Origin: an uncultured virus (IMG/VR IMGVR_UViG_2061766007_000220)
Taxonomy: Duplodnaviria > Heunggongvirae > Uroviricota > Caudoviricetes
Reading direction: 5' to 3' (one strand)
DNA: 52,840 bases
IMG/VR virus record: IMGVR_UViG_2061766007_000220
Position numbers and translations under genes: made by a program. Position 1 is the first letter of the stretch. Every line of letters starts with the position of its first letter. Shown here in pieces: positions 28,719-38,344 of this stretch. Under the pieces are notes generated by a model that was not told where the DNA came from, searched no databases, and saw only the letters and a program-made list of their open reading frames with translations.

Positions 28719-30926
28719 TTAAAACCATAACGGATTGAAAACTGCTGACGCATAATTTCGCTCGACTTCAAATCTGCTCTCCATTTCTGCAAACTGTGCC
28801 ATAGAGTCCGGTACATCGTCAAACTTGTTATCGCCCATTATCGTGTATGTCACTAAAAAATCGACAAACATCGCAAGTTCACGATTGTTTTGCAAAATGT
28901 CTGAATCCGGAAAGAGGACGTGTTTCTTAATCCAATCTGAATGTACGATGATCCTCGTTTGTTTTCCGCCAATCGTCTGTGCGCCTTTTCGACCGCCCGT
29001 GTATTGGGAAACGATTTCGGTTCTGTAGTCCTGTCTTTCAACTATGCGCTTTACGTTCTCCGCAAGTCTGCCACCACCCGCATTATTCTCGAACTGTGTC
29101 TTTGTAACTCCGTTATTGACAATCTTTGCTGCTATTCTCGATTCTTGTAACTCGAAGTGTGTATCGTTATCACAAACCGCATCGACAAGGTAATAGTCCT
29201 CTCCGTACTGTCTGAGTATCGGCATCGCCATGTAGTCAACACCGGTAGTCTTTGTATCGCAAGCAGCTTTAACCGCATCAGGTTCAATAACTGGTAACGA
29301 ATGATAACGCCTTAATTCGTTTGCCGGATATAAGATGCCCTCGCGTTCGATAGGCTCATTGTCGTACAAGCACTTAAAACTGATCTCGTCCATAGTCAGT
29401 TTCAAGTCATCGAAAAACTCTTTCGTAAAACCGCCTATGTCATAGTTGAAATTGCTTTCTCCGGTCTTTTTGTCGCAACAAGGAACGGCTATCGCCCTAA
29501 TGCGTGGATTGTTTTTGTAACTCTCAACTCTGAGAAGTCTGCCAATAGGATCGCTTACCGACCATCTGGTAGCCAATATGAGTTCCTTACAAGGCCGTTC
29601 GTCCTTGTCCATAACCTTACGCTGCCTAGCATCGGTTGTGTAACTCGACCATATCTTGTCAAGCGTGTTCCTATCGAGTGCTTCCGCGATACGTCCGATA
29701 AGGTCATCCACAAACAAGAATTTTGATGCTCTTACACGTCCGGCCGTTTTTGCTCCTATGGAAGTCGTCTGCACGTTGGGAAACGGCTTGTATTTGTTTA
29801 TATTGATCTGCTCCATGGAAGCATTGGTTGTTGTTATCTGACAGTTCGGAAAGATGATTTTCCATGTGTACTCAACATCGTTAGTCAAAATGTCAAGCAT
29901 TCCGTCATAGTACATTTTCGTGATACTTCCGGAATGACTGTAAAACAAATTGTATTCATCAGGAAACCAACCGCATACCGCAGAATGAAAAAACTTCTCG
30001 ACTGTTGTATTGTGCGTCAAGATGTAATCATCTGTCACGAAAAGGTGAGTCGGGTCGCTGATATAAATGCACTGACATTCACAGTCGCGCGAGTAATCAA
30101 TAGACTTTATATCGTGATAGACAGTCTCTCCGTTCTCGAACTTCGGGATTTGGAACTGTTCAAAATGTGCCTTTACTTCTCGCGTTTCGATAATCATGTA
30201 AGTATCTGCGAGTTTGTTGAGTTTTGATTTAACTTTCCAAAGGTGGTCGTAAGATGCCTCACAGCTTGAGCCGTCATCAAGCGTAACTCGGTAAGTACGA
30301 AGCACGCCCTGCGGATATACGCCCAGCACCTTTGCCACTTTCCCGCTGCCGCCGATTACTTCATCGCCAACGCGAATGTCGCCCATTCTTACGTAACCAT
30401 TGGGTGTAAGCACCTTTGAATCAAGGCTCAACGCTTTTCCAGTGCCAGGGGGCAAACTAATCATGAAGATGTCAAGGTTGTCGTCTATCAGGTCTTGCAA
30501 GCCTTGCGTGACACCAATTTTCATGAAGCACTTTCTGCGCGGAAGATAAAACCTCTCGAAGTAGGGTCGATTTTTCTCCAAATACAGGCAGTAACTATCA
30601 AATACTTTTGTTTTTGCTTCGCAAAGAAGAATCTCGTAATAATTCTCCACAATATCAAAAGTTGTCTGTTTTCTCTGGCCGTATGCTTCGAGTTCCCAGA
30701 TCGTTCCGTTTGTCTTTTCCTGACAATACTTCTCGATATAGCCCTTGACTTCCCCACCTAACATTCGGGCGATTTTCAAGTCACCATCGCTCTCGATAAT
30801 ATCATAGGCCGTTTTGGTAGCCATAGTAAAAGCGTTAATGCACTTCATCCTATCTTCGTCACTAAGGTTAGGTGTTTTCCAAAACGCTCTGTATTCGTCA
30901 ATCTTCTTCTCCAGCTGTTTATTCAA
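28719..30926 (-). CDS. terL: Terminase large subunit containing an intein
   Basis: ISLPPGTGK|TT Walker A, LFVDDL Walker B, ATRWSVSDPIG, CDTKTTGVDY nuclease, FENNAGG, KFDDVPDS. Confidence 0.95.
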   Translation of the reverse strand: MNKQLEKKIDEYRAFWKTPNLSDEDRMKCINAFTMATKTAYDIIESDGDLKIARMLGGEVKGYIEKYCQEKTNGTIWELEAYGQRKQTTFDIVENYYEILLCEAKTKVFDSYCLYLEKNRPYFERFYLPRRKCFMKIGVTQGLQDLIDDNLDIFMISLPPGTGKALSLDSKVLTPNGYVRMGDIRVGDEVIGGSGKVAKVLGVYPQGVLRTYRVTLDDGSSCEASYDHLWKVKSKLNKLADTYMIIETREVKAHFEQFQIPKFENGETVYHDIKSIDYSRDCECQCIYISDPTHLFVTDDYILTHNTTVEKFFHSAVCGWFPDEYNLFYSHSGSITKMYYDGMLDILTNDVEYTWKIIFPNCQITTTNASMEQININKYKPFPNVQTTSIGAKTAGRVRASKFLFVDDLIGRIAEALDRNTLDKIWSSYTTDARQRKVMDKDERPCKELILATRWSVSDPIGRLLRVESYKNNPRIRAIAVPCCDKKTGESNFNYDIGGFTKEFFDDLKLTMDEISFKCLYDNEPIEREGILYPANELRRYHSLPVIEPDAVKAACDTKTTGVDYMAMPILRQYGEDYYLVDAVCDNDTHFELQESRIAAKIVNNGVTKTQFENNAGGGRLAENVKRIVERQDYRTEIVSQYTGGRKGAQTIGGKQTRIIVHSDWIKKHVLFPDSDILQNNRELAMFVDFLVTYTIMGDNKFDDVPDSMAQFAEMESRFEVERNYASAVFNPLWF
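30009..30434 (-). mobile_element. Class 3 mini-intein (142 aa) in the TerL P-loop
   Basis: Starts Ala (ALSLDSKVLTPNG); block B DHLW; block F CQCI; ends LTHN followed by Thr. Confidence 0.9.
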
Positions 30927-31177
30927 ATGTCATCACCCCCAAACTGAACCATTCCTCTGTCGGATTGAACCAATAAGAGCTGCGCTACCTTGAATGTCGT
31001 TAAATCGATCTCTTCCTTGCAAGCAGCTACAACATCGACATCCAAAACTTGCTCAGACTCTTCGTCAGTAAGGTTTTCTTTGCTATTCCTTGCCGCAACA
31101 TCATGACATATAGCATTATAAATATCACTTGCTATCTGTAAATCAGATTGAGTTGTGTCGAGATTAAATATAACCAT
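30923..31177 (-). CDS. Hypothetical protein between terS and terL
   Basis: 84-aa ORF overlapping the terL start. Confidence 0.6.
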   Translation of the reverse strand: MVIFNLDTTQSDLQIASDIYNAICHDVAARNSKENLTDEESEQVLDVDVVAACKEEIDLTTFKVAQLLLVQSDRGMVQFGGDDI

Positions 31178-31296
31178 NNNNNNNNNNNNNNNNNNNNNNN
31201 NNNNNNNNNNNTTTACCCCTGTTTCATTTTTACCCTAGGATTTTATCGTCCGAGATATTCAAAACGAAATTTGGGGCAAAATTTTGCGTTCTAGGA

Positions 31297-32041
31297 CTAT
31301 TCCTTGTCGTTTCGTCCGAGTCGAGGTAAATTTCCGACCGATAAATCCGGTAGCTGCTCGACCGGTACGCTCTCGTTGACTAGGTATGACGGTTCAGGTG
31401 CTAGGTTGTCGTTTAATCCGTAAACGGCTTTCGCTATGAACATCTGCGTCATGCCACCTTTATGCGCTTGTGTCATGTCATCAAGTAAGGCATCGACCGA
31501 TTGTCCTTTAAGTATTTCTCCCCAAAACTCTAATATCTCGTTTATCCTTGGAATGCTCTCGTAGGTCTGTCGCCTAATCAGNNNNNNNNNNAGCCTTTGC
31601 TATGAACATCTGCGTCATGCCACCTTTATGCGCTTGCGTCATATCATCAAGTAAAGCATCGACCGATTGGCCTTTAAGTATCTCGCCCCAAAACTCCAAT
31701 ATCTCGTTTATCCTTGGAATGCTCTCGTAGGTCTGTCGCCTAATCAGTCTGTCTATCTGCGCTTTTGATATTCCGGTAAATAGCCTAAACCCACTTTGGT
31801 TCATTACGCGCCCGAATCTCGCGCACAGAATTTTGTAAATGTCGTATAGCTGCATGATGTAATCGTGGTCTTTTACTACGTCAAGTTTCGGCAGCTTCTT
31901 GCTTAACCAGGTCAATAGGAATGTCACTTTCCGAGAAGCATTCTCTTCATCGCCCTGACAGAACTCGTCTATGAACTCGTTTACCAGATCAACAAACTCT
32001 TCTTCGCTAGGCTTGTTCTCAACTATCTCCTTAACTCTCAT
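31297..32041 (-). CDS. terS: Terminase small subunit (duplicated segment at a gap)
   Basis: GFRLFTGIS and MFIAKAVYG motifs of gp3-like TerS; AAAGGGGG RBS; upstream of terL; C-terminus in the 31297-31581 copy. Confidence 0.7.
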
Positions 32042-32085
32042 CCTCGCAACCCCCTTTCTGCCGGAATCGTTAGGTCTATAAGGTC

Positions 32086-32114
32086 ATTTTATCAGAATTG
32101 TCTGAATATTTCAA
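32086..32114 (-). promoter_or_regulatory. terS promoter with a CodY-like box over its spacer
   Basis: TTGAAA-17 bp-TAAAAT; AATTGTCTGAATATT at 32096-32110. Confidence 0.6.
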
Positions 32115-34107
32115 CAACTTGTTTATTTGACTGAATTATTTTGAGGTTTTCTAAATCNNNNNNNNNNTACCCCCTTTCTGCCGGTATCGTTAGGTCTATA
32201 AGGTTATATTATCAGAATTGTCTGAATATTTCAACAACTTGTTTAATTGACTGAATTATTTTGAGGTTTTCTAAACAAATGCCGTTCCCCTATATATTAT
32301 ATATAAATCTATTAAATGGAATTTATTTATTTTTATTTATTTCTCAACAATAACTATACTGTATCAAAATAACACAGAGTTATAAATACCTACAATGTGT
32401 TTAATAGTTCTTCTTAACTTTATCTCTATTCTTTACTTTACTTCTATCTTTACTTTCTTTTTGTTACTTTTTCTTTCTTTCGTTCTTCGTTTCTTTTCTG
32501 TTCTCTCTTTCTTTCTTAAATAATACCTCGTGTCACGAAGTATTGATACTGAAACTGCTAATTGCCTTGCTATTACTGGGGTTTGGGCTATCTGTAATGT
32601 GTTTTTCGGTCTCTAAGGANNNNNNNNNNCTACAATGACACACACGCTGGGCTGAACACTGTTAACATATTCCGGCATTCCTGAGGTTAACACTGTATAT
32701 ATAAACACGGGTAATAGAACGTATGTACGATTTCAGGCAGTCGGAGCGTGCAAAGTTTCGCTAAACTCAGATTTATCGAATAATTCTATCGTGAAGTTAT
32801 AGGACTATGAGATCATGGAACGTGTAANNNNNNNNNNTATAATATTGAGTATGTAGCAATATAGAATAGTCCTTACGCGTGAGGGTGTCTCTTTGGTGCT
32901 ATCGCATGATCGCAAAAGCCTTAAAGCCTTTATGCTATTAGGGGTATTAGGGTTTATGACCTTTAGGGATTAAGTGGAATTATTTCGGTTGGTGATTTTG
33001 GGGATAATATCGCATAAATTTCCGTGTTCCATTTATCCCCCCACTCCCCCATGCTACAATGACTCACATGCTGGGCTGAACACTGTTAACATATTCCGGC
33101 AGTTCTGAGGTTAACGCTGTATATACAAACACTGGTAATAGAACGTATGTACGATTTCCGGCAGTCGGAGCGGGTAAAGTTTCTCTAAACTCAGATTTAT
33201 AGAATAATTCTATCGTGAAGTTATAGGACTATGAGATCATGGAACGTGTAATATATACATTCCTGGGATATATAAACAACAATAATATACTTTGTATGGT
33301 TATATTGTTACGCGCGTATATATTAATAATTATATACAGACAGTCATTGTAAATATCTTGGGTTTATTGTTTTCCCTTAATACCCAAAAGAGTAAAATAA
33401 TATACTCTGTAAAACTATAGTATAATAAACTACAGTATTCCATTACAGTAAACCATAATAGAACATACTATAATACTAAACTACAGAACACTAAACACTA
33501 GACTATAGAAATATACGATACCACATAACACAATATACAATACTACGACATACAGTATTAAAAACTAACACATGTAGTTTTAAAAACTACGTCCACCTTA
33601 CGTGAGATATTCACAAAACATAATGTAAAATATATTTGACATATTGACGTGTATATCATACATATTCAGGCTGTAGAATTGTGTGAAAATATACACAATT
33701 TATACACCGAAAATTGTATAAATATGCAGAAAATTTCAAATGTCAGACACAATTCAGGCACAATTTCTGGCATTGTCGCACTACTTTCATTTACNNNNNN
33801 NNNNCGAACACTGTTAACATATTCCGGCAGTTCTGAGGTTAACGCTGTATATACANNNNNNNNNNGTTGGTGATTTTGGGGATAATATCTCGTAAATTTC
33901 CGTGTTCCATTTATCCCCCCACTCCACCATGCTACAATGACGCACATGCTGGGCTGAACACTGTTAACATATTCCGGCAGTTCTGAGGTTAACACTGTAT
34001 ATACAAGCACGGGTAATAGAACGTATGTACGATTTTCGGCAGTCGGAGCGGGTAAAGTTTCGCNNNNNNNNNNATAAATATTCATACAATTTCCGGTTTT
34101 CCGGTCG

Positions 34108-34224
34108 AATTGTCTGAAAATTCTGACAATCTCCTGCTGCGGATCTGGAGAATGTTAACACTGTTAACATTTCCGGTCAGATCAGGAGAATTGTATATAC
34201 AATTCAACAAATTATCAGAAAATT
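34108..34224. promoter_or_regulatory. Two near-consensus CodY boxes flanking palindromes
   Basis: AATTGTCTGAAAATT (34108-34122) and AATTATCAGAAAATT (34210-34224), each 14/15 to AATTTTCWGAAAATT. Confidence 0.6.
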
Positions 34225-34367
34225 CCGGTTCTCCGTCTTTTACTCCAATATTTACATATAAAGGAAAGAACCACGGACTAAAAGCCTTGTTTTATCCCTT
34301 ATATAAGAAGAAACACGACACGCCATAAGATAGCAATATTTGATAATAAAATAGCACAAACTGACTA

Positions 34368-34396
34368 TTGAATTAGATGATATAACTAATTAAACT
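34368..34396 (+). promoter_or_regulatory. Putative promoter of the plus-strand early island
   Basis: TTGAAT-17 bp-TAAACT, about 65 bp upstream of the first ATG. Confidence 0.5.
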
Positions 34397-34461
34397 TGAA
34401 TTGTAAACAAAAACAAGGCAAGCCAAACAAGGCAAGCCAAACAACGAAAGGTAGGTACAAT

Positions 34462-34752
34462 ATGAAAACACTTGAAATCAACAGTATCAATTTTGAAAAG
34501 ATGAGAACAAGGTTTAATCCTTATGTTTGGGCAAAGTCCGATATATACGACTTGTATAAAAGACCCTCACAAATTAAGGTAGAAATCTTCAACGATTGGA
34601 AACGCTTTTTCCGTGATTTAGGTACTATTGACGCGCTGAGAGTACATGGAAATTGTAATTTCTTCTCAATCGTTGCAGACGTTATCGGGCATGACGGAAA
34701 AAGATACAATTTCTACATAACAAGAGCGCATAACCGCGTATATTGTTACTAA
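34462..34752 (+). CDS. Hypothetical early protein
   Basis: GAAAGGTAGG RBS; IYDLYKRPSQIKVEIF...HGNCNFFS...YITRAHN. Confidence 0.75.
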   Translation: MKTLEINSINFEKMRTRFNPYVWAKSDIYDLYKRPSQIKVEIFNDWKRFFRDLGTIDALRVHGNCNFFSIVADVIGHDGKRYNFYITRAHNRVYCY

Positions 34753-34800
34753 TCCAATCCGTGAAGCGATAACACACAAAACACTAGAAAGGCGGTTTAT

Positions 34801-34995
34801 ATGAATATCACACAGACAAGCTATTTTCGTGAGGATGTAAAGCACTATACAGGGCTTGCAAAAGACTATATGTACACGACACGCAAGGAAGAAATCCGCA
34901 ACAGTATCAAGCGTTTGACTTCACTCCGTGGTGCGGATTATGTGAAGAAGTTAAGCGCAAAGTGTAATCAATGTTTGAAAGTTAAGTTTTATTAG
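34801..34995 (+). CDS. Hypothetical protein
   Basis: GAAAGGCGG RBS; 64 aa. Confidence 0.7.
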   Translation: MNITQTSYFREDVKHYTGLAKDYMYTTRKEEIRNSIKRLTSLRGADYVKKLSAKCNQCLKVKFY

Positions 34996-35008
34996 AAAGG
35001 CGGTTTAT

Positions 35009-35278
35009 ATGCTTATACCCGAAAATAGTAAACTTGTAGGAATGGACACGGACAACACAACACTTGAAAGCGTTTACAATTACATAGCCGAAAACGATAT
35101 ATGCGATTATATCACTGTAAGTGATGAACATCATGATTGTGGCAAGTTTTCTACAGTCGGGATTGAGGACTTTAACCGACTCGAAGAGTTGAACATAATG
35201 AACCGTGAAGTTATCGAAGTGTACGAGATGTTTGACGATAACACGATAGAATTAGTTATTGCGGAAAGTGAGGATTGA
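35009..35278 (+). CDS. Hypothetical acidic protein
   Basis: RBS block identical to that of the previous gene; 89 aa. Confidence 0.7.
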   Translation: MLIPENSKLVGMDTDNTTLESVYNYIAENDICDYITVSDEHHDCGKFSTVGIEDFNRLEELNIMNREVIEVYEMFDDNTIELVIAESED

Positions 35279-35445
35279 AAGCATGAAGATTAAAACAGGC
35301 AAAGAGATTTTCGAAGTTATCCATAGCGCAAAACATTGTATCAAGTGTGCGGATAATCACAAGTTAAGAGTACGCACATTAAAGNNNNNNNNNNNNCGGA
35401 ACAAGATATATTATAAAGCCTTAAAGGGAAAGTGAGGGATAAAGC

Positions 35446-35694
35446 GTGAATACGAATGCAATAGACAAAATTATAAAAGAATTAGCATATAAGGATTATC
35501 TTGCATATAATCCCAAACTTAAAAACGGAAAACCGAAATACAAAAAACATCGTCCGTACACTTTATCGCCAGAAACGAACGAAGCAAGAGAAATAAAAAG
35601 CGATTATATAAGCGGGAAAATAAGCGAAGCGCAATATAAAGCGTATTGCTTAAAGTATAATTTATCACATATTAAAGAAAGCGGGATTATATGA
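35446..35694 (+). CDS. Hypothetical protein
   Basis: GAGGG RBS, GTG start. Confidence 0.6.
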   Translation: MNTNAIDKIIKELAYKDYLAYNPKLKNGKPKYKKHRPYTLSPETNEAREIKSDYISGKISEAQYKAYCLKYNLSHIKESGII

Positions 35695-35897
35695 GCGGTT
35701 ATTTTATCAAAAACAGATTGTCGGACTGTATCACATACAAAGTGGTATATGCGGACGGATACAAGCAAGCGGTCAGACACGCACGAGAAGCACTCGCAAC
35801 GTGCGAGAATCCGCGAGATATAATCGAGTGCAAACTTTACAAAGGCGACATGTACGCAAGGGAAGAAACATGGAAACTTGTTAAAGTGATTAGATAG
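35691..35897 (+). CDS. Hypothetical protein
   Basis: ATGA overlap with the upstream gene. Confidence 0.6.
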   Translation: MSGYFIKNRLSDCITYKVVYADGYKQAVRHAREALATCENPRDIIECKLYKGDMYAREETWKLVKVIR

Positions 35898-35971
35898 GCT
35901 ACAACGGCAAAGTGCCGATTAGCATAAAAAGACTGTCCTATAAGCGAGTATCGGGGAGAAAGAGGTAGTAT

Positions 35972-36820
35972 ATGTTTACAGTTGACGAAATCAGAAATCA
36001 GGTTATTGAAGCACTCAAGGCGGACGGAATCGAAGCAGAAGCCCGCGACGTATTCAAGAACGGCACAATGCTTTACGGAGTTATGGCGAAGAGCGGGAAC
36101 GTGTCGCCTACGATCTACATTGACGAAAACACCGAAGTCGACAAGGCGGTAGAAGCCTTAAAGAAAGCCGTTAAGGACGCGCCGGAAATTGATGACGTGA
36201 TGACAAGGCTTGACGTTGAAAACGTGCGCTTGTACGCAACAAACGGAGAAACGGACGGAGTTATTACAAGGCGGCTTGTCGGAAATATCCGTTACGGTGT
36301 ATCAATTCCCGTCAAGGGTGTTTCGGACGGAGTAGTTAAGGTAACGGAGAATTTGTTAAATGTCCTCGGAGTAACCGTTGATGATCTCTTTGACAAGGCA
36401 AGGCGAAACCTGCANNNNNNNNNNGCCGTTGATGATCTCTTTGACAAGGCAAGGCGAAACTTGCACAAGGGCGCAAGCGTCAAGTCTATGTCACAAGTTC
36501 TTTCAGAACTTATGGGCGGTATTCCCGTACCCGAAGCACCGACTGGAATGTTTGTAGCGATGACAAGCGACAAGGTAAACGGTGGAGCAATCCTCACCGA
36601 CACGGAATTGCTTGAAAGCTTCCGCAAGGAACACGGGGACTTCTGGATAATCCCGTCAAGTATCCACGAATTAATATTCGTGCCTTGCAACGTGGCAGAC
36701 GGTGACGCGCTCGAACCGATGATAGGCGAGGTTAACGGAACGTGCGTTTCACCTGAAGAGCGGTTGAGCAACAGTCTTTTCAAGTTTGACGAAAACGGCT
36801 TGACGGTATTCGAGGGATAA
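35972..36820 (+). CDS. DUF5688-family protein
   Basis: VFKNG..L.G..SPTIY...GGAIL...FWIIPSSIHELIFVP...MIGEVN...PEERLSNSLF. Confidence 0.8.
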   Translation: MFTVDEIRNQVIEALKADGIEAEARDVFKNGTMLYGVMAKSGNVSPTIYIDENTEVDKAVEALKKAVKDAPEIDDVMTRLDVENVRLYATNGETDGVITRRLVGNIRYGVSIPVKGVSDGVVKVTENLLNVLGVTVDDLFDKARRNLXXXXAVDDLFDKARRNLHKGASVKSMSQVLSELMGGIPVPEAPTGMFVAMTSDKVNGGAILTDTELLESFRKEHGDFWIIPSSIHELIFVPCNVADGDALEPMIGEVNGTCVSPEERLSNSLFKFDENGLTVFEG

Positions 36821-36894
36821 TAACAACAAACCTTGCGGTGTATAGGTTAACCGCTTTTACACCAAAACAACGACTACAGAAAAGAGGTAAAAAT

Positions 36895-37584
36895 ATGACA
36901 AGCGAAAACATTTTGGAGAACGTAAAAGAAATGGTTAAGGCATTTTCGGAAAAGATCAACTCGCCCGAAGTGGCAAAGTGGATTATTGACAAGCCGGAAG
37001 AATGGTTGAAGCCGTCACTGTATCCCGAATTTTTCGGAAACGCAGCGAAAATAATCCTTGCGTGTCGTGAGGACATACAGAGAAAAGTTGACAAGACAAG
37101 CGGAAGATCAAGCGCAAGGCTTGCAAGCTTGAAGTCGTTTGCAAAAGAAACATTAGCAAGCTATAACAAGTCTTTACACGGACTTTACAAGGATGAATTT
37201 GGCAAGTGGTCATTGTGTGACGGTCATTGGGTTATAAGGCTTTCGGGCGACGTTGAATGCTTGCCACACCTTGACACCGAGCATAATATGCCCGTCAAGT
37301 CGGGAGCATTTTTCGAGCAAAACAAAAAGGTTGAGCAAACCGAAATCGAACCGCTCAATATGGCAACTTTGAAAGAAGCGGTTACGGCAAACAAGAAAGA
37401 ATTGAAGCCGTACATTATCGAACACAACGGAGAGCGTTTCGGATTCAATCCCAGGTATTTATACAACGCGCTCAACATACTCGGAAGCGGTACAAAGTGC
37501 TATGTAAGCAACCCGAAAGCACCGATGTATCTTGTATCGGAGAGCGGAGAGGAAGCAATCATTTTGCCGGTCAATCTTGGATAG
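36895..37584 (+). CDS. Hypothetical protein with a beta-sliding-clamp-like C-terminal region
   Basis: LCDGHWVIRL; FGFNPRYLYNAL...KAPMYL...AIILPV. Confidence 0.55.
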   Translation: MTSENILENVKEMVKAFSEKINSPEVAKWIIDKPEEWLKPSLYPEFFGNAAKIILACREDIQRKVDKTSGRSSARLASLKSFAKETLASYNKSLHGLYKDEFGKWSLCDGHWVIRLSGDVECLPHLDTEHNMPVKSGAFFEQNKKVEQTEIEPLNMATLKEAVTANKKELKPYIIEHNGERFGFNPRYLYNALNILGSGTKCYVSNPKAPMYLVSESGEEAIILPVNLG

Positions 37585-37636
37585 TCAGCAATATTTGATC
37601 GAAACATAGCAACATATAGGGAGTAAAGACCCGTCT
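37580..37636 (+). repeat. 57-bp intergenic element, repeated at 38232-38288
   Basis: GATAGTCAGCAAyATTTGATCGAAAnnTAGCAACATATAGGGAGTAAAGACCCGTCT, 3 mismatches between copies. Confidence 0.9.
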
Positions 37637-37683
37637 NNNNNNNNNNATAAACCAAAACCAAAAGCGAAAGAGAGGACGATATC

Positions 37684-38250
37684 ATGGGATGGACTTCATA
37701 TCATATAGACGGAAAAATCAACCGCAAGGCAGAGTGTGACAAGTTATGGACGCAAGAAGAGCAGAACGGATATGCAAAGTTGCGAGTGCTTAAATCAGCG
37801 GTCAAGGGAAGCACATACTACGCAGCCGTGGAGAAGTCAAGAGCCGGAATTGTAGAATGTGTGTTTGGGGTTGTTACAATGACAAGCACCGACAACAAAG
37901 ACTACTACAACTTTTGTTATAAGGACATGGACGAAACTTGCGGGCCTTATCAGTGCGACTGTCCGAAGTCGATACTCGATCTGCTGACACCTACAGAAAG
38001 TGAATATGCAAATGAGTGGCGAAAGAAGTGTTACGAAAAGCTTGAACGCGAAAAGTCGGGATTGACATTATCAAAATTGCCTATAGGCACGACAATCAAG
38101 TTTAAACGGCATGACGGAGAAGAAATCGTGTTGGTGAAAATGTCACCTAACTACCAGTTTTCAAGAACGTGGTATTACAGGCCGGCAAACAACACCTATT
38201 GTCCGTCAAGACGAATCCCCGATAACTTTGAGATAGTCAGCAACATTTGA
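37684..38250 (+). CDS. DUF6927-like protein
   Basis: MGWT...STYYAAV...YKDMDETCGPYQCDCPKSILDLLTPT..EYANEWRKKC. Confidence 0.75.
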   Translation: MGWTSYHIDGKINRKAECDKLWTQEEQNGYAKLRVLKSAVKGSTYYAAVEKSRAGIVECVFGVVTMTSTDNKDYYNFCYKDMDETCGPYQCDCPKSILDLLTPTESEYANEWRKKCYEKLEREKSGLTLSKLPIGTTIKFKRHDGEEIVLVKMSPNYQFSRTWYYRPANNTYCPSRRIPDNFEIVSNI

Positions 38251-38344
38251 TCGAAAGTTAGCAACATATAGGGAGTAAAGACCCGTCTGGGAGTATATAA
38301 TCAAGACATAATCAAACAAGGCGAAGAGCCGGAAAGGTGGATAT

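Noticed and set aside
8198..30926. Alternative genetic code (stop-codon reassignment)
   Set aside because: Long genes are intact in code 11 and breaks coincide with N-gaps, not in-frame stops
124..31000. Plus-strand ORFs across the late region (e.g. 13936..14406, 14464..15036) and 46792..47445, 43128..43373
   Set aside because: Antisense shadows of real minus-strand genes or overlaps with regulatory sequence; no RBS or recognisable motifs
32630..34230. CRISPR mini-array
   Set aside because: The repeats are long haplotype copies or short degenerate units, with no regular repeat-spacer periodicity
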